In this document: positions 38,692 through 48,184 of the stretch, one piece after another
How positions within the stretch are numbered: the stretch's first letter is position 1
How the letters are laid out: each line of letters opens with the position of its first letter
IMG/VR virus record: IMGVR_UViG_3300028792_000003
Span: 27,794-91,793 of that record
Length of the DNA: 64,000 bases
DNA from: a virus
Taxonomy: Duplodnaviria; Caudoviricetes
Strand: one strand, 5' to 3'
Position numbers and translations under genes: made by a program
Notes under the pieces: model-generated
What the model saw: the letters and a program-made list of their open reading frames with translations, nothing else
Database searches by the model: none
Told to the model about the DNA's origin: nothing

Positions 38692-38873
38692 TGTTCGCGC
38701 ACCTGGGGGAGTTGCTGCTCCCGGGAGGGGCCGCAGGCCAGACAGTGGGCTTCCCACTGGTGGCGGCTTCGGTCGCTCCGTTCTGGGTGGGCACGCAGTT
38801 GTATGTCGTGTGCGAGCGGCTGTACCGGAACATCCAGAAGCGCAGTCAGTCCGGCAGAGCGAGCACACCATGA
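38691..38873 (+). CDS. small membrane protein (possible lysis accessory)
   Basis: TGATG overlap; hydrophobic segment. Confidence 0.4.
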   Translation: MFAHLGELLLPGGAAGQTVGFPLVAASVAPFWVGTQLYVVCERLYRNIQKRSQSGRASTP

Positions 38874-38982
38874 TGCGCAAGTCGGAATGGATGCAGGAGT
38901 TCGCATCCCTGATGAACTGGAACATGTCCAAGGACGTAGCGTGGGCGGTCCGGATGGATCGCCTGTTCGGAGTGATGCTGTG

Positions 38983-39936
38983 ATGAACCCGACCGACCCG
39001 TGGCACCTACACGTCAGCCAGATTCGGGAGCAGGTAGTCCCGGGCAGACGGCTGGGCAGGCACGTCAAGCACGACTCGCGTTCGCTGCGGTTCCCGTTCA
39101 AGGCAGGCCCGGTCCCGCTGAGGGACTGCCGCTGGTCGTCGGTGGTGACGCCGGTACTAGACCAGGGTGACGTCGGGTGTTGCACAGGCAATGCAACAGT
39201 GGCTGCTCTGCTGTGCAACCCGTTCTTCCTGACGTTCGACAACGAGCGGATCGCCACCTTGTCGGAGGAACTGGCGCTGAAGATCTACACCCGGGCCACC
39301 CAGACGGACGGCTTCGACGGCGAGTACCCGCTCCAGGACACCGGCAGCGACGGCCTGGACGTGGCCAAGGCAGCCGTCGAGTTCGGCTACATCAACGGCT
39401 ACAGCCACGCGTTCGGGCTGAACGACGCTCTTGCCGCGTTGCAGTTCGGGCCGGTCATCGTGGGCGTCAACTGGTACGAGGGGTTCGACGCTCCCGACGC
39501 ACTGGGCCAGATGGACAAGGCCGGCAACGCTCGCGGCGGGCACGAAGTCTGCATCGACCAGATCGACGTGCAGAACAAGAGAGTCTGGATTCGCAACTCC
39601 TGGGGCAGAGAATGGGCCTGCCAGGGGCGAGCGTTCTGGACCTGGGACACGTTCGGCCAGTTGCTGGACGAGCAGGGCGACGTCACGGTGCTGAACCCGC
39701 TGACGGTCAGTCCGCCGACCCCGGTTCCTGCTCCGACTCCGGTTGTTCCGGTGCCGGTTCCCGTGCCGCCTGTCCAGCCTGTGACTTCGGACCCGGCTAA
39801 GGTACTCATCGAAGTTGCACGTCCCTGGGCACAGCACAAAAAGTTCAACGCTGGCAACGAACGTCTCCGACAGGCCCTGATCCCGTGGCTGGCAGCACAA
39901 CCGGCAGAACAGCCAGCCGATCCGGGGCAGAACTAG
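38983..39936 (+). CDS. papain-like (C1) cysteine protease
   Basis: DQGDVGCCTG, GGHEV, IRNSWG; Pro-rich linker. Confidence 0.88.
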   Translation: MNPTDPWHLHVSQIREQVVPGRRLGRHVKHDSRSLRFPFKAGPVPLRDCRWSSVVTPVLDQGDVGCCTGNATVAALLCNPFFLTFDNERIATLSEELALKIYTRATQTDGFDGEYPLQDTGSDGLDVAKAAVEFGYINGYSHAFGLNDALAALQFGPVIVGVNWYEGFDAPDALGQMDKAGNARGGHEVCIDQIDVQNKRVWIRNSWGREWACQGRAFWTWDTFGQLLDEQGDVTVLNPLTVSPPTPVPAPTPVVPVPVPVPPVQPVTSDPAKVLIEVARPWAQHKKFNAGNERLRQALIPWLAAQPAEQPADPGQN

Positions 39937-39946
39937 CCCGGAGACG

Positions 39947-40027
39947 CCCGGAAACGGCCCTCTGGCGGGTTTGTAGGCGCTGACTGGTCCCAGCCACTAC
40001 CGAACCCTGTTCAACCCGTCAGAGGGC
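39947..40027. repeat. intergenic hairpin element, copy 2
   Basis: gccctctggcgggtt/aacccgtcagagggc stem; CCGAACCCTGTT in the loop. Confidence 0.5.
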
Positions 40028-40098
40028 AACCTCCGCTTCACCGCACCAGAACAGCAAGGGCCAGAACATCCAGGACCAGGATCAGTCAGGACCAGACC

Positions 40099-42774
40099 AT
40101 GAGCGACCGGCTAATTCACAACGCAGGGGAAGAACGACAGCGCCGACGTCAGGAGCAGCAGGACGCGCAGGCTGCCGCAGAGGCGATGGACCTGATCACG
40201 GGGCTATCCGTTCCTGATCACGGCGGGCTGTTGCCCGAGCCGGTTGACTCAGAGCAGGCCATTGAGGAACAGCAGAAGACCGCATCGCTGGAGCGGGACA
40301 TCTTCGATGACCCGGTGCGCCGGAAGATGACCAGCCACATCAAGGCTCTGCCGGACGTGGAACGGCAGCGTCTGATCAGCCTGGCCACGCCCCGGATCGT
40401 GGAGCCGTACTTCAAGCACATCCCGCACCCGCCGCAGCAGGTGTTCCTCAGCCTGAACAGCATCGAGGAGGTCATGTACGGCGGCGCTGCCGGAGGAGGC
40501 AAGGCCCTGGCGTTAGACACGCCGCTCGTCACTCCGACTGGATGGACCACGATGGGCGACGTTCAGCCCGGCGACTACGTACACAACGAGCAGGGTGTGC
40601 CGACCAGGGTGCTGGCTAAGTCGGAGGTAATGTACAACCATAAGTGCTATGACGTTTTTTTCAGTGATGGCACCAAGATCACTGCTGATGCAGAACACCT
40701 CTGGTCGGTCGTGAATACCAACCGGCGTGTGCCTGTCGTGAAGACCACGGAGCAAATCGCAAGCAACCTGACCACGCCTGCTGGCCGTCGCAAATGGGCA
40801 GTGCCAATGACGGCACCCATCGAAGGCGAGCACCAGCAATTCTGCATTGATCCATATGTCTTTGGTCTGTGGTTGGGAGATGGAGATACTCGACGTGGTT
40901 ACATCACCATCGGGCTAGACGACACAGAACTGGTCTGGCAGATGAAGGAGTGCGGGGAAGAACTGACGCAGTTGTCAGACACGCACTACCGGGTGGAAGG
41001 TCTGTCGGAGCGGCTGCGTCAGATCGGCGTGTTGGGCACCTATCGAAACCCTAACCCTAAGCGGATTCCGCAGGTGTACCTTCGTGCGTCTGTCCAACAG
41101 CGTCGTGCTCTGCTCCAGGGAATCGTGGACAGTGACGGCTACGTGGATGGCGATGTGGAGGTCTGCTGGACCAGTCGTGGCCTGACGGATGATTTGCTCG
41201 AACTACTCTTCAGCCTAGGGATCAAGGCGCAAGCACATGAGTCTCGGGCAACGCTGAACGGCAAGGACTGCGGTCCGCGTTGGCGGGTGAAGTGGATGAC
41301 TGACATCCAGTCCGCTCGCTTGGACAGGAAGCATCGCGCGCAGAAGCGAACGGGTTTCCGTGGAACTCACGACATGCGCTACATCGTCGCGGTTCAGGCA
41401 GTGTCTTCGGTTCCGGTGCAGTGCATCAAGGTGGATAGCCCGTCACACCTGTACCTTGCTGGTCGGGAGATGGTCCCGACTCATAACTCGGATGCTCTGT
41501 TGATGTCCGCGTTGCAGTACGTGGACGTGCCGGGCTACTCAGCGTTGATCCTGCGCAGGACATGGCCGGACCTGAACGCCCCGGGAGCGATCCTGGACCG
41601 TGCCCGGTCGTGGCTGGAAGACACTCCCGCGCGGCAGAAGGACGGAGGCCGGATCTGGGAGTTCCCGTCCGGTGCCCGCATCCAGTTCGGCTATGTCCAG
41701 CACGAGAAGGACCGGACCAAGTTCCAGTCGGCCGAGTACCAGTTCGTGGGCTTTGACGAGTTGACCCACTTCCCGCAGTCGATCTACTCGTACCTGTTCA
41801 GCCGGGTGCGCAGGCCCACGGTGTCGTGCCTGAACTGCGGCACCAGCATCAAGCAGGTGCTCTACAAGAAGGACAGCCAGCACTACTGGACGCACAACGA
41901 CGCGCACGCTCGACAGACGTGCAGGGGCATCATGCCCGACCCCAAGATCGTTGCTCAGTACCAGCCTGCGGAGTCAGACGGGATGACTCTCTTCGACGTT
42001 CCGCTGCGGGTCAGGTCGGCAACCAACCCTGGCGGCGTCGGCCACCTGTGGGTCAAGTCGCACTTCATCGACGAGCGGACCAAGAAGCCCGATGCCGTGT
42101 TCATCCCGGCGCGGCTGAAGGACAACCCGTCGCTGGACCGCAAGTCGTACGAGAAGAACCTCCAGCACCTGCTGCCGGTTGACCGGGAGCGACTGCTGAA
42201 CGGCGACTGGGACGTCGAAGAAGAAGGGTCGATGTTCGCCAGGCACTGGCTGAAGCCGGTGAACATTGCTCCTGCACAACCGACGTCGTGCGTTCGTTTC
42301 TGGGATCTCGCATCCACAGAAGGCGGCGGTGACTGGACAGTCGGGGCGAAGGTCAGTCTCAGCACAGAAGGCCAGTGGTTCATTGAAGACATCGTGCGCT
42401 TGCAGGGTTCACCGTTGACAGTCGAGAAGACCATCTACCACACCGCGATGTTGGATGGTTCTGGCATTCCCATCCGGATGGAGCAGGAGCCAGGTTCCGC
42501 AGGCGTGAACAGCATCAGCCACTACAAGCGGAACGTGCTCACCGGGTTCAACTTCGACGGTATCCGTGCAACAGGCGACAAGGTGACTCGGGCCACTGCC
42601 CTGTCATCGGCTTCTGAGTCAGGCAACGTGTTTATTGTGCTTGGTGACTGGAACCGCGACTTCTTGGATGAGTTAGCGCTCTTCCCTCACGGTGCACATG
42701 ATGATCAGGTTGATGCAGTTGCAGGAGCCGTGAACCAGATTAGTTTTGGTCGCCGGACAAGGCTACTCGTCTGA
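40099..42774 (+). CDS. terL: terminase large subunit containing an intein
   Basis: YGGAAGGGK|S Walker A, FDELTHF Walker B, ATNPGG, FWDLA, HDDQVDA nuclease motif; Zn-ribbon-like insert CLNC. Confidence 0.95.
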   Translation: MSDRLIHNAGEERQRRRQEQQDAQAAAEAMDLITGLSVPDHGGLLPEPVDSEQAIEEQQKTASLERDIFDDPVRRKMTSHIKALPDVERQRLISLATPRIVEPYFKHIPHPPQQVFLSLNSIEEVMYGGAAGGGKALALDTPLVTPTGWTTMGDVQPGDYVHNEQGVPTRVLAKSEVMYNHKCYDVFFSDGTKITADAEHLWSVVNTNRRVPVVKTTEQIASNLTTPAGRRKWAVPMTAPIEGEHQQFCIDPYVFGLWLGDGDTRRGYITIGLDDTELVWQMKECGEELTQLSDTHYRVEGLSERLRQIGVLGTYRNPNPKRIPQVYLRASVQQRRALLQGIVDSDGYVDGDVEVCWTSRGLTDDLLELLFSLGIKAQAHESRATLNGKDCGPRWRVKWMTDIQSARLDRKHRAQKRTGFRGTHDMRYIVAVQAVSSVPVQCIKVDSPSHLYLAGREMVPTHNSDALLMSALQYVDVPGYSALILRRTWPDLNAPGAILDRARSWLEDTPARQKDGGRIWEFPSGARIQFGYVQHEKDRTKFQSAEYQFVGFDELTHFPQSIYSYLFSRVRRPTVSCLNCGTSIKQVLYKKDSQHYWTHNDAHARQTCRGIMPDPKIVAQYQPAESDGMTLFDVPLRVRSATNPGGVGHLWVKSHFIDERTKKPDAVFIPARLKDNPSLDRKSYEKNLQHLLPVDRERLLNGDWDVEEEGSMFARHWLKPVNIAPAQPTSCVRFWDLASTEGGGDWTVGAKVSLSTEGQWFIEDIVRLQGSPLTVEKTIYHTAMLDGSGIPIRMEQEPGSAGVNSISHYKRNVLTGFNFDGIRATGDKVTRATALSSASESGNVFIVLGDWNRDFLDELALFPHGAHDDQVDAVAGAVNQISFGRRTRLLV
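40504..41487 (+). mobile_element. class 3 (Ala1) intein with LAGLIDADG endonuclease in the TerL Walker A motif
   Basis: ALALDTP start; WCT triplet (EHLW, VQCI, PTHN); GLWLGDG and QGIVDSDG; Ser+1. Confidence 0.92.
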
Positions 42775-43254
42775 TGACGCGGCTCTCCTTGCACGCAGCC
42801 TGCGCATCCGTTCCCTTGACTGGGCACGGAGCAGATCACCTTTCTCTTCGTAGCGTCGAGAAAGACGTGCTTGTTCGCAAGCGATGCAGACGCGGGCACC
42901 TTTGTTGTCGTACCTGGTGTTCTCGTCGGTCCATTCGTGCAGGTGTTTCTGGCAGTAGCGTCGAGTTCGCTTTCCTTCCCGCACGTTGTTGGCCGACGTA
43001 CTCAGTGCAAGATGGGTCGGTTCAATGCAGGCTCGGTGCTTGCACAAAAGCCCACCGGGACAGTCCCGATCCCAGTTGTGGCAGAGATGGTCAACTACGG
43101 CACCGGGTGGGATCGCGCCGTAGTTGTCAATCCATGCTTGCCGGTGCGCGAGTATGGCCTTGCCACCGACAGACAGATACCCGTATCCCTTGCTCTGTTT
43201 ACCGGCGGTCGTGTACTTGCATTTCTTACGCAGTCTAGTAGTCACAAAGGGCAA
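42763..43254 (-). CDS. free-standing HNH endonuclease
   Basis: GYG...AHRQAW...VDHLC...CIEPTHL..T..NN; C..H...ENT...R.CIAC; the only convincing minus-strand gene. Confidence 0.88.
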   Translation of the reverse strand: MPFVTTRLRKKCKYTTAGKQSKGYGYLSVGGKAILAHRQAWIDNYGAIPPGAVVDHLCHNWDRDCPGGLLCKHRACIEPTHLALSTSANNVREGKRTRRYCQKHLHEWTDENTRYDNKGARVCIACEQARLSRRYEEKGDLLRAQSRERMRRLRARRAASSDE

Positions 43255-43345
43255 TGTTACGCGCGGTTGAGTTCAATACGCGATTTGGCGACACGTAGGG
43301 CAGACTCTCGGACCAGTGGAAAAACAACCAGAGGGGAAGAACAAC

Positions 43346-43594
43346 ATGTCTAGCAACATTCCGACAGGCGACCAGGGCGAGAACGGGTGCCGAGAAGGCA
43401 TCTTCATCGGCGGCGACCGGCTGATGTGCAACCGGGAAGCAGAGCACAGCCAGCACAGTGCGCAGTCGAATCGGCACGGGGAAGTGCGATGGTCCGGGCA
43501 GGTCGGCAACACGGAGTACAGCGAGCCGGGTGGCAGCGCGATCATGTCCAAGGAGGGCAACGTCATTGCCCGCATCGGGAAGGCGTTCCTGTGA
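43346..43594 (+). CDS. hypothetical protein
   Basis: GAGGGG RBS, AACAACATG start. Confidence 0.5.
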   Translation: MSSNIPTGDQGENGCREGIFIGGDRLMCNREAEHSQHSAQSNRHGEVRWSGQVGNTEYSEPGGSAIMSKEGNVIARIGKAFL

Positions 43595-43890
43595 TGGGCA
43601 CGAACTCTGCACACAGCCTCACCGACACCGACACTGGTACTGACACCGGCACTGACATCAGTACCGACACCGAGCAGCCCGCCATGCTGCTGGGCGGCAA
43701 CACGGTGCTGGTCCGGGACATGAAAGGACGGATCAACGACCTGATCGTCTGCCGGGACGAGAGCCTGGGTCTGGCGCACAACTACCGGAACCAGGCAGCC
43801 GCTGCGGAGAAGAACGCCGCCGCCACGGACATGCTGATCAACGAGTACCGCGCCTTGGTCGGGGTCTACGAAGCCTGGGGACAGCAGTGA
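43594..43890 (+). CDS. hypothetical protein
   Basis: TGATG overlap. Confidence 0.5.
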   Translation: MGTNSAHSLTDTDTGTDTGTDISTDTEQPAMLLGGNTVLVRDMKGRINDLIVCRDESLGLAHNYRNQAAAAEKNAAATDMLINEYRALVGVYEAWGQQ

Positions 43891-44114
43891 GCAGGTTCTC
43901 GCCGGAAGGCAGCAACACCCGGCCTGCACAGGCCAGTCACGCAGAGGAACAGCCCATCCCGGTGTCGCTGCGCACGGTGGTGGCGCTGATGCTGCTGGTG
44001 CTCGGCGTCGGGCTGACTGCTACTGGCGTGGCGCTGTGGGTCTGTCCTGCCGCTGGAGTTGCGACACTTGGTGCAGACTTGACGGTGCTCGGTTTGATGA
44101 TCGGGAAGCAGTAA
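43887..44114 (+). CDS. small two-TM membrane protein preceding the portal gene
   Basis: hydrophobic helices. Confidence 0.6.
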   Translation: MSRFSPEGSNTRPAQASHAEEQPIPVSLRTVVALMLLVLGVGLTATGVALWVCPAAGVATLGADLTVLGLMIGKQ

Positions 44115-44124
44115 GGGGCTAGGA

Positions 44125-47100
44125 ATGGGATTCCTCGACGGGCTGTTCGAGAAGAAGTCGGCAGCCAACGACCGGGCGACCGGGCACGCCATCAGTGGCT
44201 CGCCCAACGCGATGGCCTACGGCTACGCGTCCGGTGGTGACTGGGACACCGACAAGGCAGTCAAGGCCGGGTACGAGAAGGTGCTCTGGGTGTTCCGGTG
44301 CGTCGATGCAATCGCGTCGAACCAGGTGACCATCCCGATCTATGAGCAGCGCGGTGCGCAGAAGCAGCAGCAGGGGCACCTGAAGAACCACAATCCGAAG
44401 TTGCATCACCTGCTCAACGTGCGGGCCAACTCGTACGAGGACGCCGCCATGTTCCGGTACCGGCTGACCAGCCTGGCTCTGCTGTCGCGGCGGGGTGTGT
44501 TCATCGAGGTGGTCGGCAACCCGAACAACCCCGAAGCGCTGCACCTGATCCCGCCCGGTTCCTGCGAGCCGATCCCCGACCCCAAGACGTTCGTATCGGG
44601 CTACAGGGTCCGCACCGCCAACGGCAGCGTCGAAGAGTTGAAGCCCTCGCAAGTGATCTGGATCAGGGTCAAGCCGCACCCGACCGACCCGTATGCGCAG
44701 ATGACTCCGCTGGTGGCAGCGGGCATCACCGCCGAGACGGACTACTTCGCTCGCCTGTTCAACAGGAACTTCCTGATGAACGACGGGCGTCCGGGACTCC
44801 TGATCACGGTGGACGGGCCGATCAGCCCGGAAGACGCGCAGGAACTGAAGCGCAGGTTCTCCGGTGGGGCTAGCACTGCGGGCCAGGCATCCGTCATCGA
44901 GGCAGAGGGTCTGAACGTCGCGGACCTGTCGGCTACTCCTCGGGATGCGCAGTGGCAGGAAGTCACCCGGGTCAGCAAGGAAGACCTGCTGCTGGCGTTC
45001 GGTGTCCCGGAGAGCATCCTCGGCAACGCGAGCGGGCGCTGCGTGGATGACCAGACCGAGGCGTTCACAAAGCGCGGTTGGGTCAACGGGTACGACCTGA
45101 CCACGGATGACGTGATCCTGTCGTGTGACCCTGCGGACGGGCGGATGAAGTGGTCCCCCATCCACGAGGTCTACCGCAACCACAACTACGCGGGCGACAT
45201 GTACCGGCTGAAGCACAGCCACGCCGACTTCCTGGTCACTCCCGGTCACAACTGGCTGACCACGGACGGTGAACTGGTCAAGGTCGAAGATCTGAACACT
45301 CACTCTCGGCTCGTGTTGATGGGTGATGCCGAGGACTCGACGGACAAGGCGATCTATGACGACGCGCTTGTCGAACTGGTCGGTTGGTACGCAACCGAGG
45401 GGTACAACGGCGGCAAGAAGACCCCGTATCTGCGCATCCGGCAGAACGACGGTCCTAACTCGGTCCGGATCGAGGACGCCCTTCAGCGTGCAGATGCTGC
45501 TTACTCGACACACCGCGACGAGAAGAAGTGGCTGTTCAACATTCGTGGTGACGTGGCCAGGCAGATCGACCAGATCGCACCGGAGAAGATCATCTCGTAT
45601 GACTTCATCCGCGATCTGACCGCCGATCAGCGGATGCTGCTGATGAACACGATGGTTGACGGAGACGGATGCCGTCAGGGATCAACCAAGTCGCTCACGT
45701 TCGCGCAGAAGGACAAGCGCGCGTCTGAGGCGTTCGTCTACCTGGCCACCCTCTGTGGGTACAGCACGTCACTCCGGGAGCGGTCCTACACCTACAGGCA
45801 CAAGGGTGTCGAGCAGCAGAAGAGTGACTGGATCGTGATCGTTCGGCACCGCAAGGTCACGACTACCCAGCGGAACACTGTCTCGATGGAGAAGTACAAC
45901 GGATTCGTCTGGTGCCCTCGTACGGACTACGGCACGTTCGTGGCTCGCCGCAACGGTCGGGTGATGGTTACCGGCAACACCTTCGACAACGCCGATGCCG
46001 AGTACGAGATCTTCTGGACGCACACCATGAAGCCGCACTGCGAAGCGCTCGCACGTGGCCTGGACCCGTTGACCGGCAGCATCGGTGACAGCACGAAGGT
46101 GGCGTTCGACTACTCGACGGTGGACGTGCTCCAGCGGCAGGAGCGCCGTCAGCACGACAAGGCGTTCGCGGAGTGGCAGGCCGGAGCCACCAGCCTGGAC
46201 GAGTACCGGATGGCCACTGGCAAAGACCCCATCAACGTGCCGGGATCGCGGATCATCGTGCTCCCTTCCGGCATTGCCATCGCGCACAGCCCCGAGGACC
46301 AGGCAGCCGTCACCAAACTGCCGAACGTCTACGCGGCCATGCAACAGGCCGGGCAGCAGGGTGCAGGCGGTGCAGGCGGTGCAGACGGTGCGGCAGGAGC
46401 CACAGGAGGCCCTCTGGGAGCGCGTCCGCCCCGTCCGGGTGGGGTATCCGGCCAGGGACTGCCTGCGGGCGCTACAGCCGGAATGCGGGCCATCGAGTCC
46501 GGGGCTGCACACGCCGGGGCGATGGCAGGAGTGCAGGCCGGTCTGCACAACCTGGACAACCAGATGTCGGCACGGGCACTCAGACTGGCCGGGAAGAACT
46601 TCATCCCGTCCCGGCAGATCGAGAAGAAGGCCCTTCACAACTCTGCCGGTGCAGGCAGCACAGGCAGCGGCACGGACGGGCAGGTCATCGACGTGCTCGG
46701 CTACGAGGTCAAGGAGCACCCCTACGCGGACCAGCGCAGAACTCTGGAAGGCCAGTTGCAGGGGGTGATGCTCTCCTGGGGCAACCGGCAGGCCAAGGTC
46801 TGCGTGGACCGGCTGGGCCACAGCAAGGTGCGCAAGGGCACCCGGCACTGGGACGGCGAGGAGAGCAAGGCATTCCGTGGGCTGGATGCTTTCTACGTGG
46901 TCGAGGTGGACAAGTGGGTCGATGAAGTGCAGTCCGACTTCCGGGTGATCCTGACCGACGCCATGAAGAAGGAGGCCCTGCGAGTTGCCCGGGACATGCA
47001 GGACACCGGAGTGCTGGCCGACATGCTGACGGCCGGGAAGGGCAACCCCAAGGGCGTGTCCCCGCTGGACAAGGTGATGGGCTCGCGGCAGCAGAAGGAA

Positions 47101-47544
47101 GCCATGTTGGAGCAGGTCATGCAGTCCGTGCTCGACGTGGTGGAAGCAAGTACCCGCAGGCAGTCGCACCGGATCGCGGAGAAGATCCAGCAGATGGACC
47201 AGGCCGGTGCGTCGCTGGCAGAGATCCGGGAGCAGACCCGCAGGATGGTCGCTGATCAGTCCACCTGGCACAAGGCGCTGACCACGAACATGACGACTGC
47301 GGCCTACGAAGGCGTCAAGCACGAGGTCTACGCGACGGCGGGAAACCTGCTGGAGAAGGTCTGGAACTGCCTGGAGGACGAGCGGGTCAGGTTCAGCCAC
47401 AAGGAAGTGGACGGGGACACTCGACGTGTCGGCGTCCCGTTCATCGTCGGGAAGTCGGCGATGATGTATCCAGGCGATCCCGAAGGGCCAGCCGAAGAGG
47501 TGGCAAACTGCCGCTGCTTCCTAACTTTTCAAACCACGCAGTGA
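44125..47544 (+). CDS. HK97-type portal protein with intein, fused to C-terminal MuF/head morphogenesis domain
   Basis: VFRCVDAIA, LLNVRAN, NFLMNDGRPG, AFGVPESILG; C-terminal W...DERVR.SH...YPGDP...EVANCRC. Confidence 0.92.
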   Translation: MGFLDGLFEKKSAANDRATGHAISGSPNAMAYGYASGGDWDTDKAVKAGYEKVLWVFRCVDAIASNQVTIPIYEQRGAQKQQQGHLKNHNPKLHHLLNVRANSYEDAAMFRYRLTSLALLSRRGVFIEVVGNPNNPEALHLIPPGSCEPIPDPKTFVSGYRVRTANGSVEELKPSQVIWIRVKPHPTDPYAQMTPLVAAGITAETDYFARLFNRNFLMNDGRPGLLITVDGPISPEDAQELKRRFSGGASTAGQASVIEAEGLNVADLSATPRDAQWQEVTRVSKEDLLLAFGVPESILGNASGRCVDDQTEAFTKRGWVNGYDLTTDDVILSCDPADGRMKWSPIHEVYRNHNYAGDMYRLKHSHADFLVTPGHNWLTTDGELVKVEDLNTHSRLVLMGDAEDSTDKAIYDDALVELVGWYATEGYNGGKKTPYLRIRQNDGPNSVRIEDALQRADAAYSTHRDEKKWLFNIRGDVARQIDQIAPEKIISYDFIRDLTADQRMLLMNTMVDGDGCRQGSTKSLTFAQKDKRASEAFVYLATLCGYSTSLRERSYTYRHKGVEQQKSDWIVIVRHRKVTTTQRNTVSMEKYNGFVWCPRTDYGTFVARRNGRVMVTGNTFDNADAEYEIFWTHTMKPHCEALARGLDPLTGSIGDSTKVAFDYSTVDVLQRQERRQHDKAFAEWQAGATSLDEYRMATGKDPINVPGSRIIVLPSGIAIAHSPEDQAAVTKLPNVYAAMQQAGQQGAGGAGGADGAAGATGGPLGARPPRPGGVSGQGLPAGATAGMRAIESGAAHAGAMAGVQAGLHNLDNQMSARALRLAGKNFIPSRQIEKKALHNSAGAGSTGSGTDGQVIDVLGYEVKEHPYADQRRTLEGQLQGVMLSWGNRQAKVCVDRLGHSKVRKGTRHWDGEESKAFRGLDAFYVVEVDKWVDEVQSDFRVILTDAMKKEALRVARDMQDTGVLADMLTAGKGNPKGVSPLDKVMGSRQQKEAMLEQVMQSVLDVVEASTRRQSHRIAEKIQQMDQAGASLAEIREQTRRMVADQSTWHKALTTNMTTAAYEGVKHEVYATAGNLLEKVWNCLEDERVRFSHKEVDGDTRRVGVPFIVGKSAMMYPGDPEGPAEEVANCRCFLTFQTTQ
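45040..45978 (+). mobile_element. intein with LAGLIDADG endonuclease in the portal
   Basis: CVDDQTEAFTKRGW, VTPGHNW, GWYATEG/TMVDGDG, VWCP...VTGN followed by Thr. Confidence 0.92.
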
Positions 47545-47556
47545 GAGGAAACACCC

Positions 47557-48036
47557 ATGACCGTCAAGGACGCCAGCGGCAACACCCAGAGCAAGGCTCA
47601 GGTGGACGCCCTGAAGACCGCTGTCACTCCGGTGCAGTTCTACACGTTCGCCGCGCCGCTGTATGCGACGTTCCCACTCGCGGGTGAGGACCGGAGCAAG
47701 AACTACGAGTCCGGGCTGAAGAAGGTGCTGATCCCCGGCGTGCAGTACACGCAGGCGCAGATCGACGCGCTCTTCGAGTCCGCTGCCACGGTCACGTCGG
47801 TGTCGCCCAACTCTGGGGTCGCTGCGGGCGGGGTCAAGGTCACCATCACCGGCACCAACCTGGAGGGCGTCTCCGGGGTCACCTTCGGTGGTACCGCCGC
47901 GACCAACGTGAAGAGCGTCAACGACACCACGGTCACGTGCACGACTCCGGCGCACGCCACGGGTGCGGTCAACGTCGTGGTCACGGACGACGTGTCCGGA
48001 AACGTCACGCTGACGAACGGCTACACGTACGTCTGA
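47557..48036 (+). CDS. IPT/TIG Ig-like domain protein (probable virion decoration)
   Basis: VTSVSPNSG..AGG..VTITGTNL...VTFGG...CTTPAH..G.V.V.V. Confidence 0.85.
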   Translation: MTVKDASGNTQSKAQVDALKTAVTPVQFYTFAAPLYATFPLAGEDRSKNYESGLKKVLIPGVQYTQAQIDALFESAATVTSVSPNSGVAAGGVKVTITGTNLEGVSGVTFGGTAATNVKSVNDTTVTCTTPAHATGAVNVVVTDDVSGNVTLTNGYTYV

Positions 48037-48081
48037 CCGGCAGCCTGATCACCAGCCTGACCGGCAGCAAGACCGGGAGCC

Positions 48082-48132
48082 AGAGGGGCGGTACTGCGCA
48101 GACCTGAGAACTGCACAGTGCCGTCCCTCTTC
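48082..48132 (+). terminator. terminator-like hairpin
   Basis: agaggggcggtactg...cagtgccgtccctct. Confidence 0.55.
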
Positions 48133-48184
48133 AGGTAGCAGCACAGAACGCAAGTCTCACTACCAGTAGGAGGGACCGTTCGAC

